Below, piece by piece: positions 1 to 9,800 of a stretch of 64,000 nt of DNA (its first letter is position 1; every line of letters starts with the position of its first letter). The notes beneath the pieces are model-generated. The model ran no database searches. It was not told the DNA's origin and saw only the letters and a program-made list of their open reading frames with translations. The DNA is from Candidatus Magasanikiibacteriota bacterium (GTDB lineage Bacteria; Patescibacteriota; Patescibacteriia; Magasanikbacterales; UBA922): NCBI GenBank assembly GCA_041674805.1, contig JBAYVA010000001.1:24624-88623 (forward strand), given 5' to 3'. Both the position numbers and the translations under genes were made by a program.

Positions 1-768
1 TATGCCAAATTTTGGATGCCAAAAATTTTGAGTGTTGCTGATAAAATTTTGGTTAGTTCTTTTGATTATATTGAACACAGTGATGCTAGAAATTTTTACT
101 TACAAAATAAAGAAAAATTTGTAGAATTACCTTTTGGTGTAGATATAGAAAATTTTGCACCACGTGCTAAAACAATAGAAATAATCAAGGAAAATGGTTT
201 GCAAGAAAATATCCCAACAATTTTATTTGTCGGTGGTATGGATAGTGCTCATTATTTCAAAGGTGTTGATGTTTTGTTAAAATCATTGTACCTTTTGAAA
301 AAAAATAAATTTGTTTTTCAGACTATTTTGGTAGGAGATGGAAATTTGAAAGAACAATATGTTATGAAAGCTAAAGGTTTGGGACTTGAAAAAAATACTT
401 TTTTTGTTGGTAAAGTTTCTAATGAAGAATTACCATTATATTACAATTTAGCTGACTTGTTCGTTTTACCTTCTATCAATAGTGCTGAAGCTTTTGGTGT
501 AGTTCTTTTGGAAGCAATGTCTAGTGGTGTGCCTGTGATTGCTAGTGATTTACCTGGTGTGAGAACTGTAGCCAAAGATGGTGGAGAAGTTTTCAAAGTA
601 AAAGATTATCAAGAGTTAACTAGTTTAATTTTTGAATATTTTTCTCAACCAAAAGATATTCCTATTTGGAAAAATCAAGTTAGAGAAGTGGTCTTAAAAA
701 AATATGCTTGGTCAAAAATAGTAGAAAATTTAAACAATATTTATCTTGAGCTTGTGAATAAGAAGTAA
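1..768 (+). CDS. Glycosyltransferase family 4 (GT-B), 5'-truncated by the window edge
   Basis: Frame is open from base 1; motifs ILFVG, ADLFVLPS, EAFGVVLLEAMSSGVPVIASD. Confidence 0.9.
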   Translation, partial: YAKFWMPKILSVADKILVSSFDYIEHSDARNFYLQNKEKFVELPFGVDIENFAPRAKTIEIIKENGLQENIPTILFVGGMDSAHYFKGVDVLLKSLYLLKKNKFVFQTILVGDGNLKEQYVMKAKGLGLEKNTFFVGKVSNEELPLYYNLADLFVLPSINSAEAFGVVLLEAMSSGVPVIASDLPGVRTVAKDGGEVFKVKDYQELTSLIFEYFSQPKDIPIWKNQVREVVLKKYAWSKIVENLNNIYLELVNKK

Positions 769-814
769 ATTTGTTATAATAACTATATAAGTTAATATAT
801 ATAATCTAATTTTT

Positions 815-1123
815 ATGGGTAAATTTAAACACGGTCTTTTTTTAGGAGGACTCTTGGGGGCTGGTTTAGTTTGGCTCAATGCTACCAAAAAAGGTAAACA
901 AGTTCGTGAAGAACTTATGGATAAAGCGTCTGTAGTATATTTGGAAGTAAAAGAAAAAATCATGGCATCAGAAGGTTTTGACAAAATGACAAAAACTAAA
1001 TATTATAAATTTGTAGAACAAGCTGTCAATAAATATGCAGTAGAAAATGATTTGTTAGATAGTATGCGTGATATGATTGAAAAAGTTGTAAAATCTCAGT
1101 GGAAAAATTTGCCAAAAAAATAA
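815..1123 (+). CDS. YtxH-like small membrane-anchored protein
   Basis: N-terminal GLFLGGLLGAGLVWL followed by KKGKQVREEL, the YtxH-type pattern. Confidence 0.6.
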   Translation: MGKFKHGLFLGGLLGAGLVWLNATKKGKQVREELMDKASVVYLEVKEKIMASEGFDKMTKTKYYKFVEQAVNKYAVENDLLDSMRDMIEKVVKSQWKNLPKK

Positions 1124-1144
1124 AGAATAAAAAAATTTTTAAAT

Positions 1145-1173
1145 AAAAAACTCCTAAAATTAGGAGTTTTTTT
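1145..1173. terminator. Bidirectional intrinsic terminator
   Basis: A6-CTCCTAA-aa-TTAGGAG-T7 between convergent units. Confidence 0.75.
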
Positions 1174-1205
1174 CTTTAACATGAGATGACCTAAGTCATT
1201 TTTTG

Positions 1206-1279
1206 TGGGCGTGCTTGGAATCGAACCGAGGACCTCAACATTATCAGTGTTGCGCTCTAACCAACTGAGCTACACGCCC
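1206..1279 (-). tRNA. tRNA-Ile(GAU)
   Basis: Reverse complement GGGCGTG TAGCTCAGTTGGTTAGAGC ... CAACA-CT-GAT-AA-TGTTG ... GGTTCGATTC ... CACGCCC-A; CCA not encoded. Confidence 0.97.
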
Positions 1280-1367
1280 TTATAAAAAAGCTTTATCATT
1301 ATAAACTATTTTGATATTTTTTTCAAGTGTTTTATCCAGAGCCTGTTTTTATATTTTTTAGGCTTTG

Positions 1368-1441
1368 TAAACCCGCCCAGATTCGAACTGGGGACCTCTA
1401 CAATGTCAATGTAGCGCTCTAACCAACTGAGCTACGGATTC
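1368..1441 (-). tRNA. tRNA-Val(GAC)
   Basis: Reverse complement GAATCCG TAGCTCAGTTGGTTAGAGC ... CTACA-TT-GAC-AT-TGTAG ... GTTCGAATC ... CGGGTTT-A. Confidence 0.95.
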
Positions 1442-1454
1442 TTGATTTATTTCT

Positions 1455-1514
1455 GACCTCTATCCCGACTAGTCGGGATCAATGTGGCGCTCTAGCCAAC
1501 TGAGCTATGCAGTC
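1455..1514 (-). pseudogene. Partial tRNA-Val copy with palindrome ATCCCGACTAGTCGGGAT in the anticodon arm
   Basis: Matches the adjacent tRNA-Val from the D-arm to the variable loop, except + strand CAATG is replaced by TCCCGACTAGTCGGGA; no T-arm. Confidence 0.85.
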
Positions 1515-1534
1515 ATATCAAAATTTTATAGTGA

Positions 1535-1583
1535 TCAATGTAGCGCTTCCTGCTTGCCGGCAGGTAGATAACCAACTGAGCTA
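1535..1583 (-). pseudogene. Second partial tRNA-Val copy with an imperfect 20-nt palindrome in the D-arm
   Basis: tcaatgtagcgct-t-[CCTGCTTGCCGGCAGGTAGA]-taaccaactgagcta versus the tRNA's tcaatgtagcgctctaaccaactgagcta. Confidence 0.85.
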
Positions 1584-1608
1584 GATGATCTTAAAATTTA
1601 TGTGGATT

Positions 1609-1637
1609 ACTATATAATATTTAGGTAGAAAAGTCAA
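1609..1637 (-). promoter_or_regulatory. Sigma70-type promoter for the tRNA-Val region
   Basis: TTGACT-17 nt-TATAGT on the minus strand. Confidence 0.6.
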
Positions 1638-1775
1638 TGTTTTTTATGGATTATTAAGATAAAGCTGTGTATTTTGTATTTTTTGGGTTAGTATTATAAA
1701 ATTTGCTAAGACTTGCATTTTCTCTAATTTTAGTATATAATTTCATTTGAAATACTCTATAAATTATAATAGCTT

Positions 1776-2408
1776 ATGTCCATGGAACCAACAAAAAACA
1801 ATTTAGAAGAAAAAGAAGTAGAAGAAATTATTAATGATGATTTGTATAATAAAGGTTTTTTAAGTAGATTTGGTCTTTTTTTTGGTGAACTTATCAAAAT
1901 AATTTTTTTGGCAGGTATTACTATTTTTGTAATACGTTATTTCTTATTTAAACCTTTTTATGTCAAAGGTCAATCTATGGAACCAAATTTTCATGAAAGG
2001 GATTATTTGATTATTGATGAAATTACTTATAGGTTTAGAGAACCTGTTAGAGGAGAAGTTGTTGTTTTGAAATCACCTGTTAGTACTGATTTTTATTTAA
2101 AACGTATTGTTGCTTTGCCTGGTGAAAGAATAAAAATAGAAGAAGGTAAAGTAATAATCTATAATGAACAAAGTCCAAAAGGTTTAGTTTTAAATGAAGA
2201 ATATTTAGAAGTAGAAACCACTGGTTCTATCAGTTTGACTTTGGGCAGCGAACAATATTTTGTTTTGGGTGATAATAGATCAGCTAGTTTTGATTCTCGA
2301 CGTTTTGGTGCGATTTCCAAAGATGAATTGGTTGGTCGTGTGTGGTTTAGAGGTTGGCCTGTAAACAAAATAGCTACCTTTGATTTACCTGTATATAATT
2401 TAAATTAA
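1776..2408 (+). CDS. lepB: Signal peptidase I
   Basis: TM segment, then VKGQSMEPNF (Ser), YLKRIVALPGE (Lys) and GDNRSASFDSR. Confidence 0.95.
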   Translation: MSMEPTKNNLEEKEVEEIINDDLYNKGFLSRFGLFFGELIKIIFLAGITIFVIRYFLFKPFYVKGQSMEPNFHERDYLIIDEITYRFREPVRGEVVVLKSPVSTDFYLKRIVALPGERIKIEEGKVIIYNEQSPKGLVLNEEYLEVETTGSISLTLGSEQYFVLGDNRSASFDSRRFGAISKDELVGRVWFRGWPVNKIATFDLPVYNLN

Positions 2409-2431
2409 AAAAATAATAGTAATAATTTATT

Positions 2432-3850
2432 ATGACAAAAAAGATTAATGACAAAAAAAACATCAAAAAGTCTGTTGTCGTCAAAAAAGAAGTTAAAAAA
2501 AATACACCGGTTGTTGCTAAAAAAACTGTTGTTGCTAAAGCTAGTAATGAAAAGAAAGTTACTTATACTACTTTAAGAGGCATGAGAGATGTATTACCAA
2601 AAGATGGTGCTACTTGGCAAAAAGTTTATGATATTATAAAAAACATTTCAACAGCTTATGGTTTTTCTTATGTAGAAACTCCTGTTTTGGAACAATCAAG
2701 TTTATTTATTCGTTCTATTGGTAAAGGTACAGATGTTGTAGACAAAGAAATGTATGTTTTTGAAGATAAAGATGGTACTAAAGTATGTTTGAGACCAGAA
2801 ATGACAGCATCTTTGGTACGTTCTTATGTAGAAAATGGCATGCAAACTTTGCCACAACCTGTCAAAATGTGGTACCACGGACAAATGTTTAGACATGATA
2901 GACCTCAAGCTGGTCGTTTCCGTCAATTTTATCAATTTGGTTGTGAGACAATGGGTGATGCTAATCCAATAATTGATGCAGAATTAATTTCAGTTGCTTA
3001 TAATACTTTACGTGATTTAGGTATTGATTCTGTTATTCATATCAATAGTATTGGTACTTTGCAAGATAGAGAAAATTATATAGTAGAATTAGTTGGTTAT
3101 TTACGTAGTAAACGCAGTTATCTAAGTGAAGAATCAAAAAAACGTATCAACAAAAATCCTTTACGTATTTTAGATTCAAAAGAAGAACAAGATATTGCTG
3201 TAATGGAAGAAGCTCCTCAAATAGTTGATTGGTTGAGTCCTGAATCAAAAAAGTTTTTTACAAATGTTTTAGAATATTTAGATGAAGCTGAAATTCCTTA
3301 TGTTTTGGATCCAAATTTAGTTAGAGGTTTGGATTATTATACTAATACTGTATTTGAAATTTTTACAGAAGATGAAGAATTAGCTAGTATTGCTCTTGGT
3401 GGTGGTGGTAGATACGATGGTTTGATAGAACAATTGGGAGGACAATCTACACCTGCTGCTGGTTTTGCTCTTGGTTTGGATAGGGTAGTAACAGTATTGA
3501 AACACAAACAAGATAAACTAGATAAAGAAAATAGTCAAAAACCAAAAGAAGAGACAAGAACTAACAAAGTTTTCTTTGCTCAGCTTGGTGAACAAGCTAA
3601 TAAAAAAGCTTTGAATATCTTAGAAAATTTACGTAGAGAAGGTTTGACAGTTTATCATAATTTAGCCAAATCTTCTTTGAAAGTACAAATGGAATTAGCT
3701 AATAAAATAGGTACAACTCATACTTTGATTTTAGGACAAAAAGAAGTGCAAGATGGTAGTATTTTATTGCGTAATATGGATTCAGGTATTCAAGAGGTAG
3801 TAGATCAAAAAAAGGTGGCAAATGTTATCCGCAAGTTGTTGCAAAATTAG
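2432..3850 (+). CDS. hisS: Histidine--tRNA ligase with a Lys/Val-rich N-terminal extension
   Basis: RGMRD, LRPEMTA, FRHDRPQAGRFRQFYQ, LVRGLDYYT, GGGRYDGL. Confidence 0.97.
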   Translation: MTKKINDKKNIKKSVVVKKEVKKNTPVVAKKTVVAKASNEKKVTYTTLRGMRDVLPKDGATWQKVYDIIKNISTAYGFSYVETPVLEQSSLFIRSIGKGTDVVDKEMYVFEDKDGTKVCLRPEMTASLVRSYVENGMQTLPQPVKMWYHGQMFRHDRPQAGRFRQFYQFGCETMGDANPIIDAELISVAYNTLRDLGIDSVIHINSIGTLQDRENYIVELVGYLRSKRSYLSEESKKRINKNPLRILDSKEEQDIAVMEEAPQIVDWLSPESKKFFTNVLEYLDEAEIPYVLDPNLVRGLDYYTNTVFEIFTEDEELASIALGGGGRYDGLIEQLGGQSTPAAGFALGLDRVVTVLKHKQDKLDKENSQKPKEETRTNKVFFAQLGEQANKKALNILENLRREGLTVYHNLAKSSLKVQMELANKIGTTHTLILGQKEVQDGSILLRNMDSGIQEVVDQKKVANVIRKLLQN

Positions 3851-3851
3851 T

Positions 3852-3921
3852 TTGACTAAAAGCCTTTTTTAGTGTAAGATAACAATATATTTATTAAATT
3901 AAATTCACTTGGGAGGTGAAT
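3852..3921 (+). promoter_or_regulatory. rpsU promoter and hairpin-embedded Shine-Dalgarno
   Basis: TTGACT-17-TAAGAT (3852-3880); GGGAGGTGA (3911-3919) inside stem ATTCACTT/AGGTGAAT. Confidence 0.7.
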
Positions 3922-3928
3922 AAAAAAT

Positions 3929-4165
3929 ATGTCAGATTTGAAACGTAAAAAGAATGAATCTTTTGAGTCATTCATGCGTAGAGTAAAACAACAATGGCAA
4001 CGTTCTGGCACAATTTTACAAGCTCGTAAAATTCAATATTTTACAGGTAAGCAAAGTAAAAATGTTCAACGTAAATTAGCTGTTTCAAAAGTAAAGAAAG
4101 GTGCTAAACTAGATTTACTTAGAAAAAATGGTAAACTTCCTGTTGAGGAATATAAAAGAAGATAA
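3929..4165 (+). CDS. rpsU: 30S ribosomal protein bS21
   Basis: KRKKNESFESFMRR..SG.ILQARK.QYF..K.SK pattern; basic; directly upstream of yqeY. Confidence 0.85.
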   Translation: MSDLKRKKNESFESFMRRVKQQWQRSGTILQARKIQYFTGKQSKNVQRKLAVSKVKKGAKLDLLRKNGKLPVEEYKRR

Positions 4166-4170
4166 TTTTT

Positions 4171-4617
4171 ATGTCATTAATTGAGACAATTCGTCAAAAT
4201 CAATTAGAAGCACGTAAAAATCAAAAAAAAGAAAGACTATCTGTAATGCAGGTGGTTCTTTCTGTTTTAAAGAATGAAAGCATAGCAAAACAGAAAGAAT
4301 TATCTGATGAAGAAGTAATAGAAGTTTTACAAAAACAAGTAAAACAACTAAACGATGCAATGAAAGATTTTGTTGCAGGAAATCGTCAAGATTTGATTGA
4401 TCAAACAAAAAATGAAATTTCTATAATATCTGAATTTTTGCCAGCACAAATGACTGAAGAAGAAATTTTGGCAGAAGTCAATAATATCATTGCAAATTTT
4501 GGAGAAATAAAACCAAATGATTTTGGAAAAGTGATGGGGCAAGCTATGTCAAAAATGAAAGGTAAAGCTGATGGTAATTTGGTTGGAAAAATTTTAAAAG
4601 AACAACTTACAAAATAA
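4171..4617 (+). CDS. GatB/YqeY domain protein
   Basis: LSDEEVIEVLQKQVKQ, FLPAQMTEEEI, DFGKVMG, KGKADG. Confidence 0.92.
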   Translation: MSLIETIRQNQLEARKNQKKERLSVMQVVLSVLKNESIAKQKELSDEEVIEVLQKQVKQLNDAMKDFVAGNRQDLIDQTKNEISIISEFLPAQMTEEEILAEVNNIIANFGEIKPNDFGKVMGQAMSKMKGKADGNLVGKILKEQLTK

Positions 4618-4702
4618 AAACAAACACAAATAGTATCAGATTTTTTAACGCGAATTTAAAAAATCTGTTTATTTATTAAATTTCGTTTCTAAGGATTTTC
4701 CC

Positions 4703-6844
4703 ATGCTACCTTGGACACGTAAAAATTATATGAAAAATAAATACCGAATAATTTTCACTATTTTGGCTGTTTTTTTATTTTTGGGTTTTGCTCAAAGCAC
4801 TTTTGCACAGACAGCTACAGACACTTTGGGTATTGATTCTGTCGATGACTCACAGTTAGCTTTGGCGAGTACAGATATTAGAACAATAGTTGTCAAAATT
4901 ATAAACACAATTTTAGGATTACTTGGTATTATTGCTGTGTCATTGATTATTTATGCTGGTTTTGTAATTATGACTTCAGGTGGAGATGAATCAAAAGTTG
5001 CTAATGGTAGAAAAATTATTATCAATGCGGTGATTGGTTTAGTGATTATTTTTTCAGCTTGGGCTATCGTAAAATTTGCTTTAAGTAGATTAGGTCAGGC
5101 TACAGGAATAAATTCTGGTAATAATTCATCTGTGCAAACACCTAATGGTTTGAATTCATTTAGTGGTTCTGCTTCTCTTGGTAGAATTGTTAAAGATCAT
5201 TATCCTTTTAGAAATCAAAAAAATGTAGCACGTAATAGCTCTGTAGTAGTAACTTTTAATTTTCCTATTGATCCTGCGAGTGTTATGTCAAATACAAACA
5301 ATACTTGTTGGAATAATGATTTTACTGGTCCTACTTCTACTTGTATTACTGAAAATGGTAAGATAAAAGATTCTTACTATGGTGATTGTTATTTGGATGG
5401 TACAAGTATGAAGTGTGATACTTTGAATACTTCTACTGTAAAAATTGATACATCTGTTAATATTGTAAATGCAAATTCTGGTATTGCAGCCAATGTTATG
5501 GCTAGTTATGATAATGATAAAAATTTGTATACTTTAGTATTTAAACCTTTGTCATATTTAGGTAGTGCTACTGAAAATGTTCCTTATACCGTTCAATTAT
5601 TAGAGGGTATAAAAAAATCTGGTAGTAATGATAGTATTTTTATTGGTCTTTCTAACAGAAAATATATTTGGAATTTTGAAACAGGTACTAATCTTGATTT
5701 GAATCCTCCTTATATTACTAGTGTTTATCCAAATAATAATACTACAACTACTAAAGATATTATTATACAAATAAATTTTAATGAGCCTATTGACCCTACA
5801 ACAGTTCAAGGTTTATTAAATAGTACTGGTGAATTTGATAATATTTTGGTAAATACTTTAGGCAAAGCTGTGACAGGTACTTGGCAAATGAGTAATGCTT
5901 ATAAAACTGTAGAATTTGTGCCAGTTGATATTTGTGGACAAAATAGTTGTGGTCAAACAAGATATTGTTTGCCTGTTGTTTGTACTGAAAGTGATCCTCA
6001 ATGTACCAAACCTTTTGAAGTTTTAGTTCGTACAGCTCAATCAAAAATGAATAATGAAGCTCCTTTTGAAGCTGTTCCTTTTTCTGGTGTTTATGATTTA
6101 GCTTTTAATGCTTTGGATAATTTAAGTAATAATCCACTTACGGGTGTTTATTCTTTAGTTAAACCGCAAATTGTTCCTGGAAAAATAATTTATGAAGATG
6201 AAAAGAAACCTGATAATTATTTTTGGGGTTTTGGTATCCAAAACAAAATAGATAAAAAAATACCATATATTGAGTATATTAAGCCTAATATTGATGAAGA
6301 AGACATAATAGATAACGCAGTAGTATCAATGGTTTTTAGTAAAGTTTTACGTATGGGTACTATTGATAAAATAGGATTAAATGAATATCCAGAGGACGTT
6401 TGTATTGATGCTGCGTCAACTACTACACCTTGTTCTACAACTAGAGAACGTTTAGATAATATTTGGTATAGAGTTTGGGCTGACAATACTGGTAACAAAA
6501 CTATAGTTGCTATTGATCATCGTGAATTTGGACCAAATGGTTTAGATTTGTATTATTTTCCAACAGTTCCAAATACACTTCAAGACAATCACCAAAATTG
6601 TTTTTATCCTGGTTTTGGTCCTGATACTACAAACGCTGAAAAATGTACTTTAAATTATGATACAGACAATAATATTACTTCTGTACAAAATTGTATAGTT
6701 GGTTTTGATTATAATAATGATACTGATACTGCTTGCGGTTTTAAGTTGAATGCATCTTCGATACCTACAACAACAGCAAATTTAAAAGAATGTTTAAATC
6801 TTTTAAAGACTAACAGTATTTCAACTTACACCAATTTAAGATAG
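4703..6844 (+). CDS. Surface protein: signal peptide, VirB2/TrbC-like pilin domain, Ig-like (Big_5-type) and Cys-rich domains; likely start 4730
   Basis: TFA-QT cleavage site; pilin motif IIYAGFVIMTSGGDESKVANGRKIIINAVIGLVII; Ig-like motifs YP..N..NV.RNSSVVVTFNFPIDP and YIWNFETG. Confidence 0.75.
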   Translation: MLPWTRKNYMKNKYRIIFTILAVFLFLGFAQSTFAQTATDTLGIDSVDDSQLALASTDIRTIVVKIINTILGLLGIIAVSLIIYAGFVIMTSGGDESKVANGRKIIINAVIGLVIIFSAWAIVKFALSRLGQATGINSGNNSSVQTPNGLNSFSGSASLGRIVKDHYPFRNQKNVARNSSVVVTFNFPIDPASVMSNTNNTCWNNDFTGPTSTCITENGKIKDSYYGDCYLDGTSMKCDTLNTSTVKIDTSVNIVNANSGIAANVMASYDNDKNLYTLVFKPLSYLGSATENVPYTVQLLEGIKKSGSNDSIFIGLSNRKYIWNFETGTNLDLNPPYITSVYPNNNTTTTKDIIIQINFNEPIDPTTVQGLLNSTGEFDNILVNTLGKAVTGTWQMSNAYKTVEFVPVDICGQNSCGQTRYCLPVVCTESDPQCTKPFEVLVRTAQSKMNNEAPFEAVPFSGVYDLAFNALDNLSNNPLTGVYSLVKPQIVPGKIIYEDEKKPDNYFWGFGIQNKIDKKIPYIEYIKPNIDEEDIIDNAVVSMVFSKVLRMGTIDKIGLNEYPEDVCIDAASTTTPCSTTRERLDNIWYRVWADNTGNKTIVAIDHREFGPNGLDLYYFPTVPNTLQDNHQNCFYPGFGPDTTNAEKCTLNYDTDNNITSVQNCIVGFDYNNDTDTACGFKLNASSIPTTTANLKECLNLLKTNSISTYTNLR

Positions 6845-6847
6845 CTT

Positions 6848-9800
6848 ATGAAATTTTTTACACAACAAAAATTTAAATTTTTAGTATTAGGTTTATTTTT
6901 TCCATTATTTATTTTTGGATTATTTTTATCATTGCCTGTTTTGGCTCAAACTGCTACTGATACTTTGGGTGTAGATGTTGTTGCTGATAATGTTGCTTTG
7001 GGTGGCGGTGATTTTAGAGTAATTGTTGTAAAAATAATTAATACTATTTTAACTTTGTTGGGTATTGTTGTTGTAGTTATCATTTTGTATGGTGGTTTTG
7101 TTTATATGACTGCTGGTGGTGAAGATGATAAAGTAAGTAAAGCTAGAAAAATTATTATAAATGGTATAATTGGCTTAGCAATCATTTTATCAGCTTGGGC
7201 TATTACTAGATTTGTTTTAAACAAATTAGGACAAGCTACTGGTTTGCAAAATGTTGTGGATACTTCATTAGAAGGAGATTGTTTTACTCCTGGTACTCCT
7301 TATTACGAAAAATATTCAAATACTGTACATTGTCAAGATGTTGTTGATGATTTTCCTGATCAAAGTTGTACAGAAAAACATTTTATAGCTAAAAGTATTA
7401 CTCCAAGTACCAAATTAGATGATGTTGTTGGTATGAATAATGTTATTATTAGAGCTGTTTTTAGTAGGGAAGTGGGTAGTTCTTTGAATGAGGCTATAAA
7501 AATAGAAAAAGATGGTGTAGATATTACTGGTGAGTTTAATTTTTCTTTTAAAGAAAATAATCAAGTAATTGAAGCTAATTCTATAACTAATGATGGTTGT
7601 GATTCTTCACAAAATGGTAAGTGTATTTCTAAAGGTGATTATGTTGTAAGACTCCTTGATATAAAAGATAAAAATGGTAATTCTTTGGAAGTAGATGTAG
7701 AAAATTGTGATACTTATCCTAAAGATGCTAGTTTTAAAGTAGGTAATGAAACTAATATTTTGGATAATAATTCGCCTGTAATCACAAATTTAAAATTCAA
7801 TAATTTATCAGGTGGTAATGTACGTGTAGCCCCAAATAAGTATTATCCTATTTCGGTTTCTGTAAATGATAGATCATTTGTAGGTTATGGTGGTAACGCT
7901 TATGTTTTGATAAAAGTATATAAAAAAGGTTCAGAACAAAATGTTTTGAAAAAATATTTACATGCACCAATGGTTTCTTTTGGTTCTAGTGCTGAATTTA
8001 GTTTCAACTATGCTTTATTAGTAAAAAATAATTTTGAAAAAAATGTTGATTATATAATAGATGTTACATCTTATGATATAGATAGTAATTTTTCTAATGA
8101 AAAATTAGAATTTAGAGTTGTTCCTGAAAGTTGTTTTAATGATGTACAAGATGCAGATGAAGAAGGTATTGATGTTGGTGGTATTTGTGGAACAGATTTA
8201 GGGTCTTCATGTAAAAAACAAAATGATTGTTCTCTTTCTTATAAATGTTTAAATGCTGTAGATAATTTGTGTGTGGGTACTGATGATTGTTTATGTAAAA
8301 AATGGCCTTATATTGAAAATATAGAACAAAATAATGGTGCTTCTGGTAACTGGATTACAATTTCTGGTAGAAATTTTGGTAATAGTAATGGTGAAATACA
8401 TTTTAATTATGATACTAATAATGATAATGTATTTGATTTTGCTAATATCGTGAGTCTAGCTCAATGTCGTGGAAAAGATGTATGGAATGATAATTGGATT
8501 ATTGTAGAAGTTCCAAACAAACCTACTGGTGTTACCGTGAATCCTGTAATTTCTGTCAAAAATTTGGAATTAGCAGGTTCTGTTTCTGATTCAATTTCTA
8601 CACCAAACTATCCTAGTTCTATGAATCCTGGACATGTTTTAAATTTACATCTTGATGAAATTTCAGGAACTACAATTACTAATAGTATTAATGCTAATAA
8701 TAATTTGCAAGTAATTGGTAATGTGGCTTTTGGTAATGACGGTAAATTTGGTAAAGCTATCGCTTTTGACAAGGATCCTGATAGTCCAAGTTTTAATATA
8801 AATGATAAAGAGATTTTGAAATTATATGTAAATGCTGGTGATCCTTTAGACTTAGCAAAAGGTAGTATTTTTGCTTGGATAAAGAAAACTAATAATACAG
8901 TTGGACAGGATACAATAGTGAGCAAAAATTCGTCTTATGGTTTATTTTTAGTAGATAATAAATTGGCTGTTGGTGAATGGTATCCAAGTGGTGGTGGAAG
9001 AGTAATACCTTCTAATACTAATGTTGTCGACGGAAAGTGGCATCAAGTTGGTTTAGTTTTTGATAAAGGTGTAACAAATGGTACAAAATTGTATGTTGAT
9101 GGTAATTTGGTATTAACTACAACTACACAATTTTTTGCTGGTTATGCTGGTGATTTTGTGGTAGGTGCCAATAATAATGGTACTGCTAATTTTTATACAG
9201 GTTTTATTGATGAACTAAATGTTTGGAATAGAGTTTTGTCTTCAGATGAAATAACTTCTTTGTATAATACTGTATCTCCTAATTATAAATTTACTGACTT
9301 TGGCAATGATGATTTTGGTCCTAATGTGGGAGTTTTTACTTATAATAATATAAAAAGACCAGGTCTTTGTGCTGTGACAGTTTCTGGTTCAGAACAAACG
9401 ATGGCTGAGCCAAAAAAAGATATTGAAGCTACTGGCAAAGCTTTTGGAACTACTGGTAAAATGTTTTTTGGTATAAATGATGTAGCTATAAAAAGTTGGT
9501 CAGATAATTCTGTACAAGCTGTAGTTCCTTTTGTAAGTAAAGGTAAATATGGTGTTTTTGTACAAGTAAATGGTGAAAAAAGTAATGCGGTTCCTTTTTC
9601 TGTTGTAGAAACAGGTGCTGATAAATTACCTTTAATTTTAAAAATTGATCCCGTGACAACGACTCCAGGTAGTTATATTACTATTATAGGAAATGATTTT
9701 GGTTCAGCTTATGGTAACGTTTTAATTAATGGTGTAGAATCAGGTGAATTACCAATTTATTGTGGTAATACTTGGTCAGATAAACAAATCATTGTAAAAG

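Noticed and set aside
1455-1583. Intron-containing or split functional tRNAs
   Set aside because: The copies lack the T-arm and 3' acceptor strand, and in copy 1 the insert replaces tRNA bases; an intact tRNA-Val is adjacent.
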